Assembly (NCBI GenBank): GCA_024626585.2
Contig: JANKJI020000002.1
Location: 175,564,080 to 175,591,340, forward strand
Direction of reading: 5' to 3'
DNA length: 27,261 nucleotides
DNA from: Ginkgo biloba
Lineage: Eukaryota > Plantae > Ginkgophyta
Shown: one piece after another, positions 10,695 through 22,199 of the stretch
How the letters are laid out: every line of letters begins with the position of its first letter
How positions within the stretch are numbered: position 1 is the first letter of the stretch
Notes under the pieces: generated by a model
The model's database searches: none
What the model saw: only the letters and a program-made list of their open reading frames with translations
Told to the model about the DNA's origin: nothing
Made by a program: the position numbers and the translations under genes

Positions 10695-11465
10695 TCATAT
10701 CACAAAGTTGGTCAAAGCAATGTTGGTTGAGAAAATAGATGCTGAGACCATTGTTTGGTTTATTATTTCCAATAGTCTACAAATTCAGTGTTGCTATGAA
10801 GTTGGTATCTGATAGAGGTACTCATTTAGGAATGAAGTTATGTAGGACCTCTCATATCAATTATAGATTGAACATGGAAAGTCCTGCTCATTCCATCCAT
10901 AGGGCAGTGGGCTAGTCGAGAGCACTAATAAGGTGTCGATTAATATTGTACAGAAGGCAGTAGTTGAGAATAAGAAGGATTGGTGCATGAAGTTGGATTT
11001 GGCATTATGGGCATACTGAACAACATATAAAGTATGGATCTGTGCTACTCCATTAAGCTTAAACTATGGATAGGAGCCCATTTTATTGATTAGTTTTGAA
11101 GTTCAATCATTCTGAATGGCCTTGTAGATTAGGAATGGCATGATGAGCCCTTTTAATCAAGGATGATTACGACATTGAAAATGGAAAAAGACCAACTATT
11201 GGCTCTCTAACATATAGAGGCCAAGTAAATGTAGATGTAGAGCTGGTTTGAGAAGAAAACCAAACATTGATAGTTTAAGAAAGACAATTTGGTTTGGCTA
11301 TGGGACAAAGTTAATGAGAAGCATCCTAATAAATTTGCTTCTTTATGGCTTGAACATCATTACATTTTTGAATAATATGGTAATGAATCATACAAGCTTA
11401 TCATCTTGGATGACAAAAACTACTTCATCCATTTAATGGGATGTTGTTGAAGCATTACGTTACAT
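10695..11465 (+). pseudogene. Non-chromoviral Ty3/gypsy (Athila/Tat-like) integrase core and GPY/F region
   Basis: YITKLVKA...LVSDRGTH..NEVM...FHP*GSGLVESTNK...KKDWCMKLDLALWAY*TTYK...ATP..LNYG*EPILLISFEV, then a KFASLW..SYKL region. Many stops and frameshifts. Confidence 0.9.
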
Positions 11466-11589
11466 GAAAGAAGATGATTTCCAAACAAACAAGAAAAAAG
11501 GAAATTCGTCAAAAAATTAGCATTTGGTACCATAGGAGGAGGAAGTCTTAGCATAGGTAGCTTGGATTAGGGTTGGCCTCACTTAGGAT

Positions 11590-12045
11590 GGCAAGGGGAA
11601 TGTAGCATGAAAGAAGATCTACTAGGCAAGGTGGGTAATCATTTGCTAAGAAGGGCCAACTATGGGGAAACAAAATTGTTGTGAAGCCCAAATTTGCAAT
11701 GACATTGATAGGAGAGAGTTAAAGAAATGCCCTCACAGGTTGTGTTAACCAAAGGATGAAGAGAAGTGGTGTTTGGTTGAACCAAAATACTACATAAAAG
11801 GAAAAATGTAGATTGTTTGACCACCCTAGTACATATGGAGTCAACAATCAAGAAAATTTGTGACAATGAGAAAAAGGAGTCGATTTTGGTTGTGGTTATT
11901 GAAATCTATATTCTCATCCTAGGTCAAACTGCCCTTGCAGGTAGCCAGATGTGGAGTCAAAAAATTGTCTCAATGAAGGTTTAATAAGGTTTGAAGGTGT
12001 CATAGACCAGGAAACCCTAGTTCTAAGCCCAATCAAAGGGAAGTC
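11590..12045 (+). mobile_element. PPT and probable start of the 3' LTR of the integrase-bearing element
   Basis: GGCAAGGGGAA|TGTAGC at 11590-11606, about 130 bp after the integrase end. Runs into a gap. Confidence 0.4.
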
Positions 12046-12200
12046 NNNNNNNNNNNNNNNNNNNNNNNNNNNNNNNNNNNNNNNNNNNNNNNNNNNNNNN
12101 NNNNNNNNNNNNNNNNNNNNNNNNNNNNNNNNNNNNNNNNNNNNNATCCTTGAGTTTAGTTTTAAAGTGTTATCTTAGGATGATACAAGGCTTTAGGTGT

Positions 12201-12704
12201 AGGGGAGTGTTGGACGAAATTAACAAATGTCAGAGTCGCCTTAGGCTAACACTGACATAAGTTGCTCCATCGATGAATGTCAAACTAGTCTTTGCCAACA
12301 TTGAATGAGTTATCCTTTCTTAACATCGATAAAGGTTAATCATCGATGCTGACATAGGAGTCTGACATCAACTAAGAGTCATCGACAAAACCTTCATCCT
12401 AACACTATCGGTATAATATAACCTTTGTGATGGTTATCCTAACTGCATGTGCCTTGTATAAATAGCAGATGTTTGATAAGACAGGGGGTTAACTAAAGCT
12501 AGAAGAGAATGAACTATGATATAATGTCTCGTACCATGTATGTAATTTATGCATTTGCATCTCTGTGATAATATAAGGACTATATGTTTTTCCACATATT
12601 CGAGTATGGTGCTTTATGTGAATGTAATGTGAATGCCTAGTCTATGTATCACTTGGTAGAGAGGGTATAACACTATACACCGTTTGGCATTAATATGCTT
12701 AACA
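12201..12704 (+). mobile_element. PPT (12201-12207) and complete ~497-bp 3' LTR, copia-like
   Basis: AGGGGAG|TGTTGG...CTTAACA with TGTT/AACA inverted termini. Internal TATAAATAG at about 12457, repeated GACA/ATCGAT motifs in U3, and AATATAA downstream. Confidence 0.62.
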
Positions 12705-13070
12705 ACTTCTAAAACTTCCATAGGTTTTCTCGATGTTACAGCCTAGAAAATCTAAGTGATCCTTATCTTGCGTAAAGTGGAAAAAAGGATACGTTTCCCT
12801 TAGAAGATGGTACATGTGTTTTATAGTTATTAATTAATTCCTAAAAGAAAGTTGGGAAGAGGGAAAAAAGAGTAAAGGCTAAAGCCTTAAAGGTGCCCCA
12901 GGAAAAGGTGCCTCCCTTTAGAACTAAATTGTTGTGAATCACAAGGGGTTCCTTGGAGTGAGGCATAGCTCTGAGGTTAAGCCCATCTCTTAGGTGGCAG
13001 TTTGTGCCTAGTATTTTAGGCGTATATAATGATGAGTTGGGGCTTAAGATGTCCTTAAGACATCATTTTT

Positions 13071-13199
13071 CTTCTCCTAACAAGGTGCCTTCATTTTATT
13101 TTTCTAATTCTTCATTCTAACATTTCAAACTTAACTTCTCCTAGCAAGGTGCTTTAATTTTATTCTTCTAATTCTTCATTCTACCATTGCAAACTTAAC
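13071..13199. repeat. 64-bp tandem repeat (2 copies, running into a 253-N gap)
   Basis: CTTCTCCTA(A/G)CAAGGTGC...CATTCTA(A/C)CATT(T/G)CAAACTTAA at 13071-13134 and 13135-13198. Confidence 0.9.
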
Positions 13200-13759
13200 N
13201 NNNNNNNNNNNNNNNNNNNNNNNNNNNNNNNNNNNNNNNNNNNNNNNNNNNNNNNNNNNNNNNNNNNNNNNNNNNNNNNNNNNNNNNNNNNNNNNNNNNN
13301 NNNNNNNNNNNNNNNNNNNNNNNNNNNNNNNNNNNNNNNNNNNNNNNNNNNNNNNNNNNNNNNNNNNNNNNNNNNNNNNNNNNNNNNNNNNNNNNNNNNN
13401 NNNNNNNNNNNNNNNNNNNNNNNNNNNNNNNNNNNNNNNNNNNNNNNNNNNNATTAGACTTGGACCTAGAGAGGGGAGATGTTATTTAACCAAGAGGCAT
13501 TCGATAGCTTAATTCAGAGCTTGTCATCTGGGTAAGTTTAGAACTTATAAGTATTTCCTAAACACTAATTCTACAATATATTCTAGCTACCATAAATTAA
13601 TGTAATTTCTATAGTATTCTGGACAGAATGGTATTTTTGTTTTATGCATGTTCAAATGATGTANNNNNNNNNNNNNNNNNNNNNNNNNNNNNNNNNNNNN
13701 NNNNNNNNNNNNNNNNNNNNNNNNNNNNNNNNCCCAAGTTATGAACCTAGAGTCACATT

Positions 13760-16548
13760 GAGATTGCAAAGATTATCAAGACATTACACCTAAAGAGCTA
13801 CTAGCCGGATTACCACCTACAAGAGGTATCACTCATCACATAGATTTGATTCTAGGTTCTAGTTTGCCAAATCAAGATGCATATAGATTGAGTTCATAAG
13901 AGAATGAGGAGATGAACAGGTAGCTACAACAATTGTTGGAGAAGGAACTGATTTGGGAAAGTTTGGGTTTGTGTGCAACACCTGCATTACTCACACCGAA
14001 GAAGGATGGATTGTGGAGGATGTGGATGGAATTGAGAGCAATCAACAAAATCACCATCAAATATAGCTTTCTTATGCCATGGATGGATGATATCATGGAT
14101 GTGGTTGCAGGTGCCTCGTATTTCTCAAAAGTGGATTTGAGGAGTGGATACTACTAGATTAGAATCCCTGAAGGAGATGAGTGGAAGATAGCCTTCAAGA
14201 TGAGAGATGGATTGTATGAATGGAGAGTAATGCCATTCAAATTGATGAATGCACCCAGTATGTTCATGAGGTTATTGAACACAATCTTGAAGCCACTCAT
14301 TGGTAAGTGTGTAATTCTCTATTTGGATGACATTTTGGTTTATAGTAGATTAAGAGAAGAGAATTTGGGTCATTTTGAATAGGCGTTCTATGTGCTTTAG
14401 AAGGATAACTTGTTTGTGAACCTGAAGAAAAGCAATTTCTTCTAGAGAAGTTTGGTGTACTTGGGATTTATGGTATCCCAATAAAGTTTGAAGATGGATC
14501 TGGAGAAGGTGATATAAATTTTAGAGTGGCTAATACCAAGTAGCATAACTGAGGTAAGAAGATTTTATGGTTTGGCTAGTTTCTACCATAAAGTTGTAAG
14601 GAATTTCAGTGCCATTTTTGCACCCATGAATAAATGTATAAAAGTGAAGACATTCTAGTGGACCAATACAATTCAGATTAGTTTTGAGTTATTAAAGAAG
14701 AAGGTGATCGAAGTGCATGTGTTAGTGCTTTTAGAATTCAACAAAGTGTTCATAGTTGAATGTGATGCATCAGGAGTAGGAATTGGAGTAGTCCTAAGCC
14801 AAGAGGATAGACCTATTACATATTTTAGTGAGAATATAAATGAAGCTACACAAAAATATTTGACATACGACATGGAATTTTATGCCATGGTGAAAACACT
14901 CAAATATTATCGACATTCATTATTGCCCAAGGAATTCATGTTGTTAACCAACCATCAGGCATTAAAGTTCATAAATTTATAAGGAAAGTTGAGTGTCTGA
15001 CATGCCTAGTGGGTTGAATTCCTACAAAGCTACTTATTTGTGTTGAAGAATAAGTTAGGAAAGACAAACCAAGTAGTAGATACTTTAAGTTAGCGAATGA
15101 CACTATTAATAACCATGACAAATTAAATTGTTATTTTTTAGTAAGTGAAGGAGATATATACCACTCGTAAGGACTTTTGATAGGTAATAGAATATATAAA
15201 GAATATGACAACTAATAATGGATATCTCTATGAAGACTATTTCTTGTAAGATGAATATTTATTCAAATTCCAACAACTATGTATGCCCAATAGTTCCATA
15301 TGGGAAAACATATTCTAAAAATTCCACAATGGAGGGTTAGGAGGTCACTTTGGCCTAGATAAAACCATTGCCTTAGTAGAGGGTCGATATTTTTGGCTAG
15401 GACTAAAGAAGAAGGTGAGAAAATTTATGGATCAATGTAGAATATACCAAGTAGCTAAGGGATAGTCATTGAATATTAAGATGCTTAAACCACCACTAGT
15501 TCCAGAAGCACCTTGGATTAATATATCGATGGATTTTGTATTGGGATTGCCAAATAAACTAAGAGGAAATGACTTTATGTTTGTAGTCACAAATAGATTT
15601 TCAAAGATGGAAAATTTTATTCTTTATAAAAATACCAATGATGTGAGCTAGATGATAGGACTGCTCTTTAGACAAGTAATATAATTGCATGGATTGTCGA
15701 AGAGCATTACTTTCAATCGGGACAATAAATTCTTAAGTCATTTATGGAAGATATTATGGAGGAAGTTTGATACCAAACTCTTGTTCAATAGTACATACCC
15801 CTTGTAAATTGATAAGAAGACTAAGGTTGTAAACATACCATTAGGTAATCTTCTAAGGAGTTTGGATGGAGACAAGCCCAAGGAATAGGACCATACATTG
15901 GCACAAACATAATTCACTTATAACAGTTTTGTAAAATAGATCAACATGATTGTACCATTGCAAGTTGTATATGGGAGGATGTCGAAGACTATCATAGACT
16001 TGGCTAAAATCCCAAGCGGTGAAAGGATTAGTGATAATGCCAAAGCTATGGCCAAGCACATCAAGAAAATTACTGAGGAGGTAAAGCGACATTTGTCAGA
16101 GAGCAATGAAATATATAAACCACATACTAACATCGTCAGCATAAGAAATTTGAAGTCAAAGACATAGTTATGGTATTCCTAAGAAAGGATGGATTTCTGA
16201 CAAGAATCTACAACAAGATGAAATACAAGAAGATTGGACCATGTTGGATAGTCAGGAAAATCAATGAGAATGCACATAAAGTAGATTTATTGATGGAGTA
16301 TGATATCTCACCGATATTCAATATTACATACTTATACAAATTCCAAGGTGATAAACAACTGGGAGAAATAATGATTGATTGGTAGTAACAAGTGCCAAGA
16401 AAGATGAAGGAAAAAATTAAAGAAGTGTTGGATAAAAAGGTCATGGAGACTAGAGGAGTCAGTTACATTAGATATCTAGTGAAGTGGGAAGGATTAATCC
16501 ATGAAGACAACACTTGGATTACGAAAGAATAACTCATAAGTTTAGATG
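13760..16548 (+). pseudogene. CRM-clade chromoviral Ty3/gypsy pol (RT-RNaseH-integrase-chromodomain), degenerate
   Basis: LPPTRGITHHIDL..SLPN, PKKDGLWRM, VDLRSGYY*IRIPEGDEWK..GLYEW.VMPF, LYLDDILVYS, VECDASGVGIG.VLSQ, HNGGLGGHFG, PWINISMDFVLGLP, KIGPC, and a C-terminal chromodomain. Confidence 0.95.
16403..16548 (+). other. Type II chromodomain at the integrase C-terminus
   Basis: KEKIKEVLDKKVMETRGVSYIRYLVKWEGLIHEDNTWITKE; the first and third aromatic cage residues are absent. Confidence 0.85.
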
Positions 16549-17384
16549 NNNNNNNNNNNNNNNNNNNNNNNNNNNNNNNNNNNNNNNNNNNNNNNNNNNN
16601 NNNNNNNNNNNNNNNNNNNNNNNNNNNNNNNNNNNNNNNNNNNNNNNNNNNNNNNNNNNNNNNNNNNNNNNNNNNNNNNNNNNNNNNNNNNNNNNNNNNN
16701 NNNNNNNNNNNNNNNNNNNNNNNNNNNNNNNNNNNNNNNNNNNNNNNNNNNNNNNNNNNNNNNNNNNNNNNNNNNNNNNNNNNNNNNNNNNNNNNNNNNN
16801 NNNNNNNNNNNNNNNNNNNNNNNNNNNNNNNNNNNNNNNNNNNNNNNNNNNNNNNNNNNNNNNNNNNNNNNNNNNNNNNNNNNNNNNNNNNNNNNNNNNN
16901 NNNNNNNNNNNNNNNNNNNNNNNNNNNNNNNNNNNNNNNNNNNNNNNNNNNNNNNNNNNNNNNNNNNNNNNNNNNNNNNNNNNNNNNNNNNNNNNNNNNN
17001 NNNNNNNNNNNNNNNNNNNNNNNNNNNNNNNNNNNNNNNNNNNNNNNNNNNNNNNNNNNNNNNNNNNNNNNNNNNNNNNNNNNNNNNNNNNNNNNNNNNN
17101 NNNNNNNNNNNNNNNNNNNNNNNNNNNNNNNNNNNNNNNNNNNNNNNNNNNNNNNNNNNNNNNNNNNNNNNNNNNNNNNNNNNNNNNNNNNNNNNNNNNN
17201 NNNNNNNNNNNNNNNNNNNNNNNNNNNNNNNNNNNNNNNNNNNNNNNNNNNNNNNNNNNNNNNNNNNNNNNNNNNNNNNNNNNNNNNNNNNNNNNNNNNN
17301 NNNNNNNNNNNNNNNNNNNNNNNNNNNNNNNNNNNNNNNNNNNNNNNNNNNNNNNNNNNNNNNNNNNNNNNNNNNNNNNNNNNN

Positions 17385-18193
17385 TATGGACAAATGGAAA
17401 TGGTGAACAAGTCACTTATAAATTTGCTGAGAAGATTAGTGGGAAGTAGACCCAAATAGTGGGACATGGTATTGGCGTAGGCCGAATTCCCCTACAACAA
17501 TTCAGTGAACAAGTCTACTAGATTTTTTCCATTTCAAGTGGTGTATAAAAGGACACCGAAGGTAGTTGTTGACTTGTGAAGTTGCCGATCAAAGAGAGGG
17601 CTAACGATGATGCAGAGGCACTGGAAGAACATATAAAGAAGGTCCATGAGGAGGTAAAACAATAGCTCGAAAAGAGAAGCAACATGTACAAAGAGGCAAC
17701 AGATCAGTGAAGGAGACAAACAATTCAAAGGAGGCATGGTGATGGTTTATTTGAGGAAAGAAAGATTTCCCAAGAGGGCATACAACAAGTTGAATTACAA
17801 GAAGATCGGGCTATGTTGGATTGTGAGTAAGATCAATTAAAATGCTTACTGAGTTGATCTTCCAGGTGAATTCGATATCTCTCTAGTGTTCAACATTGCA
17901 GATTTGTACAAGTATCATGAAGGAGATGAGGAGCCAGTAGAGGAAGCGGATGATTGACAACTACAAGTTCCATTGAAGAAGAAAGAAGAAGTTGAAGAAC
18001 TATTGGACAAGAAGGTGGTTGAAAACCAAAGGAACATATATAATAGGTATCTAGTGAAGTGGAAGGAGCTACCACATGAAGATAGAACTTGGATCACCGA
18101 AGAAGAGCTATGAAAATTTGATGAATAGAAGTGGAAGGATTTCGAAGAAGAGCATGAGCAGGAGTTCATGTAAATTTTGCAACTTGGGGAGGA
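17385..18193 (+). pseudogene. Second CRM-type gypsy copy: integrase C-half, chromodomain and PPT
   Basis: GQMEMVNKSLINLLR..WDMVLA*AEFPYNNSVNKST..PFQVVY, MVYLRKERFP..YNKL..KKIG, EVEELLDKK..RYLVKWKELPHEDRTWITEEEL. Paralogous to about 15815-16548. PPT GGGGAGGA. Confidence 0.92.
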
Positions 18194-18748
18194 TGATGCA
18201 GGGGCATCACGAACCAATTTTGTAGGAAGGAATCCCTTGCAATGATTTTAAAGATTGGGAGAAAAAGTTTGATGAACGGGGTAAGGAACCCTGACGAATA
18301 GACCAAAGAGTTAAGCAAATGGGCTAAGCAGTGCCAACAAACAACCTGAAGAACTCGGCCAATGAGCGAACATGTCATCAAACGGTGTAAAGAGTTCAGT
18401 GAATGAATTCTTCAATTTGGTGAACCGACAAACAAAACTTAATGAATGAGCAAAGCAAAAAAATAGAGAGGGGAACAACAACCCAATGAATGACTTAGGT
18501 TGTTTGTAGAATGAGCAAAGCACCTGTTGGGAAAAAAAAAAGGTCTACAGTGAAATATAAATTTTAAACCAAAGATTTAAATGTGGTAGGTGACCCGCGT
18601 CGCTTGAGTTAATCTGTCTGAAGATGGAGTTATGGCAGCCATGAATGAAGCTCACCAACCACGAATTGAAGCGGGAGAGGTAGGTGAGATTGGATTTTGG
18701 TGGGGCAACAAAATTGTAGGCAAGAAGAAGAAGGAAGACCAAGAGGGG
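18194..18748 (+). mobile_element. 3' LTR (partial) of CRM element
   Basis: Starts TGATGC directly after the PPT. A TGAT start, with the pol frame running up to or into the LTR, is characteristic of CRM elements. Confidence 0.75.
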
Positions 18749-20090
18749 NNNNNNNNNNNNNNNNNNNNNNNNNNNNNNNNNNNNNNNNNNNNNNNNNNNN
18801 NNNNNNNNNNNNNNNNNNNNNNNNNNNNNNNNNNNNNNNNNNNNNNNNAGGGAATGCTTGTCAAAGCAAGATCATATCTCTCCTATGGCCCATCATCCTA
18901 ATGCTAATCAACATTGGATAGGATAGAGCCTATGGGAAAGACATCCAAAAGTTGAGACTAGAAGATGTTGGTCCACAAACATATGATCCTAAGGTAAAAT
19001 TTTTCCAACACTATAAAATAAACCGTTATCACATTGCATGCCCTAAGGATGAGCTCAAGAATCAAATAGATTATGATTGGGTCGCTCATAAAAGAAGAGG
19101 TAGTATGACCCTCTGATTAGTCCTAAGGAATCCAAATCATAAAAAAATAGTGATATTTTTAATGAATAAATAAATTTGGATAGAGGAGAGTTAGAAAATA
19201 GATTTTTTGGGGGGTTAGCGTCCAATTCGAGAGTCAAGTGTATTCACATGTACATGCACTAGGCTTAGTCAAGAATCCCCATCTTCACACAACAAAGGAA
19301 TGATATTAGACTAGAATGAGAATACAAGACCCAGAGAAAATACATCTATGTACACAATTATTTTATTTTAGCAGTATTGTCTCCCAACATGCATGATGTA
19401 GGTTCATGAAATGGGTACTCTTGTAGTTTTAGTTCTTGAAAAAACCAACCTTAATGCATTTATGATCACAACATTCCACATTACCACACATGGCATGACT
19501 ACTTTTATAACTACTTGGCAAACAAAAGTCTATTCCTAACCACATTTAATGTTGAACAAAACTACATCCAAAACAAGACTCTTTGTGGCAAGGAAAGTGA
19601 CCTTCAAGTGTAAATGAAGGCATAGTCTTAGAAACCTCAAGAATCTATTCAAATTCAATTGTAACACTTCCAACCATGCACTGGATGCAATGATTCACAA
19701 TGAATCTAAATATAGAAATGAATAATGTATACTAATAACTTTTCAAGAACAAATGAGAATTGTCCAACTTTATTTGCAATAGATAAGAATATACAAAGAT
19801 CTTAACAATGTGAGGGCATTATTTGACTTAGAAAGGGAAATAGCATTCATCCCCATGTTTAGGACTATTAATGAACTCATTTGCCAACCACTTCCAACCT
19901 TGTATAGATGACATCACTATAGCAGTCCTACCTCTTAAACCTACATGCCAACACTATTAAGATGTACAACATAGATAATCATTACAATACNNNNNNNNNN
20001 NNNNNNNNNNNNNNNNNNNNNNNNNNNNNNNNNNNNNNNNNNNNNNNNNNNNNNNNNNNNNNNNNNNNNNNNNNNNNNNNNNNNNNNNNN

Positions 20091-20835
20091 TAGAATTCTT
20101 CTAGCTCGCGCAAGCTTAAGAGTTACCAGGACTTGGTACAGAGGAGGCATGGAAATTAAAATGAACAAGAAGTGGCGGGGGAGGATGGGGATGCCGAATT
20201 AAACAGCATTAACCGTCCTTATTCCCTAAGAAAATTTGATCAATCTTTTCCACTTGTCTCGCCCTTATTTGTCATTGATTGCCTTGTTTGCCTTGTGAGG
20301 AGGAACCACGTGTGCCACTTTAGTGCATTACAAGATAGGTCATTATTACCAACCGTGGATTGCTATAAGTGCACTGCCACCTCATAGCTCTCTTGAGTCC
20401 TGCTCTTTCTCTTAGATCAACCATGTTGGCATGAAGCCCACCAGGAAAGCATTTCACACTTCTTGAAGGGTTGCAACATCCTGGGGATTAAAGAAGCTCC
20501 TGAGGATACCAAGAAGGAAACACCACCTAGGGAACAATTCTTCATTATCTTTCTCTCTTTCACTTTGGTGCCTTAGAGAATGTGTTTGAAATGAGACCTG
20601 AGGGTTCATACTTTGTGTGACCATTATTCCTAGCCTGCCATAACTTGCCTTTATGGACCAAGACTTCCTGGGTTTGCTAGGAAGTATACCCCTTCTTTAC
20701 CTTTAAACCATGTGCCTCAAACCTCTCAAGTGATAGTGTGGGTCCTATGTTCCTCATGCATGCTCCTGGTCTTTTCTTCTCCTCCTACGTGTCTCAAGAA
20801 TGTTTTTACCTTATCGGGATTACATATCTCCTTCA
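20091..20835. mobile_element. Candidate LTR, orientation ambiguous
   Basis: Boundary CGGGATTACA at 20815-20824; the minus strand reads TGAAGGAGATA|TGTAATCCCG (PPT-like tract plus LTR start). No coding signal. Confidence 0.35.
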
Positions 20836-22199
20836 AGATCATCACACTTACTTTTATTCTTTTGGCTTGGTACCATCGTGAGTCTTGTTGTACTCATGCT
20901 CATTCTTGAATTAAAATAAGCCTCTCCTGACCCTACTAAGAATAAGGAAGGATTCCAGGAGATGTGTATTGACGATAAAAAAAATGTAGAAAGGGAGAAG
21001 AGTGAAAGAGGAAGAGAGTGAGTTCTCCTAGCTAGATCGCCATCTAGTCAACCTTGATTACTTTTTATCTCTTGGATGTGGCAGGACTGATCTTGAATTC
21101 GAGGAACNNNNNNNNNNNNNNNNNNNNNNNNNNNNNNNNNNNNNNNNNNNNNNNNNNNNNNNNNNNNNNNNNNNNNNNNNNNNNNNNNNNNNNNNNNNNN
21201 NNNNNNNNNNNNNNNNNNNNNNNNNNNNNNNNNNNNNNNNNNNNNNNNNNNNNNNNNNNNNNNNNNNNNNNNNNNNNNNNNNNNNNNNNNNNNNNNNNNN
21301 NNNNNNNNNNNNNNNNNNNNNNNNNNNNNNNNNNNNNNNNNNNNNNNNNNNNNNNNNNNNNNNNNNNNNNNNNNNNNNNNNNNNNNNNNNNNNNNNNNNN
21401 NNNNNNNNNNNNNNNNNNNNNNNNNNNNNNNNNNNNNNNNNNNNNNNNNNNNNNNNNNNNNNNNNNNNNNNNNNNNNNNNNNNNNNNNNNNNNNNNNNNN
21501 NNNNNNNNNNNNNNNNNNNNNNNNNNNNNNNNNNNNNNNNNNNNNNNNNNNNNNNNNNNNNNNNNNNNNNNNNNNNNNNNNNNNNNNNNNNNNNNNNNNN
21601 NNNNNNNNNNNNNNNNNNNNNNNNNNNNNNNNNNNNNNNNNNNNNNNNNNNNNNNNNNNNNNNNNNNNNNNNNNNNNNNNNNNNNNNNNNNNNNNNNNNN
21701 NNNNNNNNNNNNNNNNNNNNNNNNNNNNNNNNNNNNNNNNNNNNNNNNNNNNNNNNNNNNNNNNNNNNNNNNNNNNNNNNNNNNNNNNNNNNNNNNNNNN
21801 NNNNNNNNNNNNNNNNNNNNNNNNNNNNNNNNNNNNNNNNNNNNNNNNNNNNNNNNNNNNNNNNNNNNNNNNNNNNNNNNNNNNNNNNNNNNNNNNNNNN
21901 NNNNNNNNNNNNNNNNNNNNNNNNNNNNNCTTGTTTTCCCCTTTTCACTGTTGTAACCTATTCATGGGATGGAGTGTTCATGAACATTTCAAAAATGTAA
22001 TATAATTGATGTACATTGTTATTAATGGAAATAAAATATTTCACAATATGTTTCACTGGGCTCCAATTTCTGTAGTGTTTTTGTCACCTCATGAGCTTGC
22101 ACCCATTTCTTTACCTGTGTACAAATACCTCTTCAACACACCATGTGCAGAAGCAATATTCAACCAAAACCACGCAACAAGCTTCTCCTCATTCCACCT

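Larger units (their letters stand above)
1938..20090. other. Seven exactly 100-N assembly gaps
   Basis: Gaps at 1938-2037, 5494-5593, 9185-9284, 10570-10669, 12046-12145, 18749-18848 and 19991-20090. Confidence 0.95.

Noticed and set aside
10803-10815. tRNA-Met PBS (TGGTATC)
   Set aside because: It lies inside integrase codons LVSDRG and is not preceded by an LTR end.
16463-17467. Long ORFs of about 280-330 aa here and at 21054-21956, plus shorter ones at 3597-3959
   Set aside because: They consist almost entirely of X residues translated from N-gaps.
17915-18217. Ser-rich 100-aa minus-strand ORF
   Set aside because: It is the antisense shadow of the Glu/Lys-rich chromodomain coding sequence.
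18849-19990. Possible LTR or gene in this block
   Set aside because: It looks like non-coding TE sequence, but no termini, PPT, PBS or protein motifs could be supported.
20495-20512. Minus-strand PBS-like TGGTATCCTCAGGAGC
   Set aside because: It deviates from TGGTATCAGAGC, has no adjacent CA LTR end, and no gag follows.
21930-22123. LTR end inserted in gag
   Set aside because: AATAAA and ...TGTACA are suggestive, but the other end lies in a gap and no TSD can be tested.
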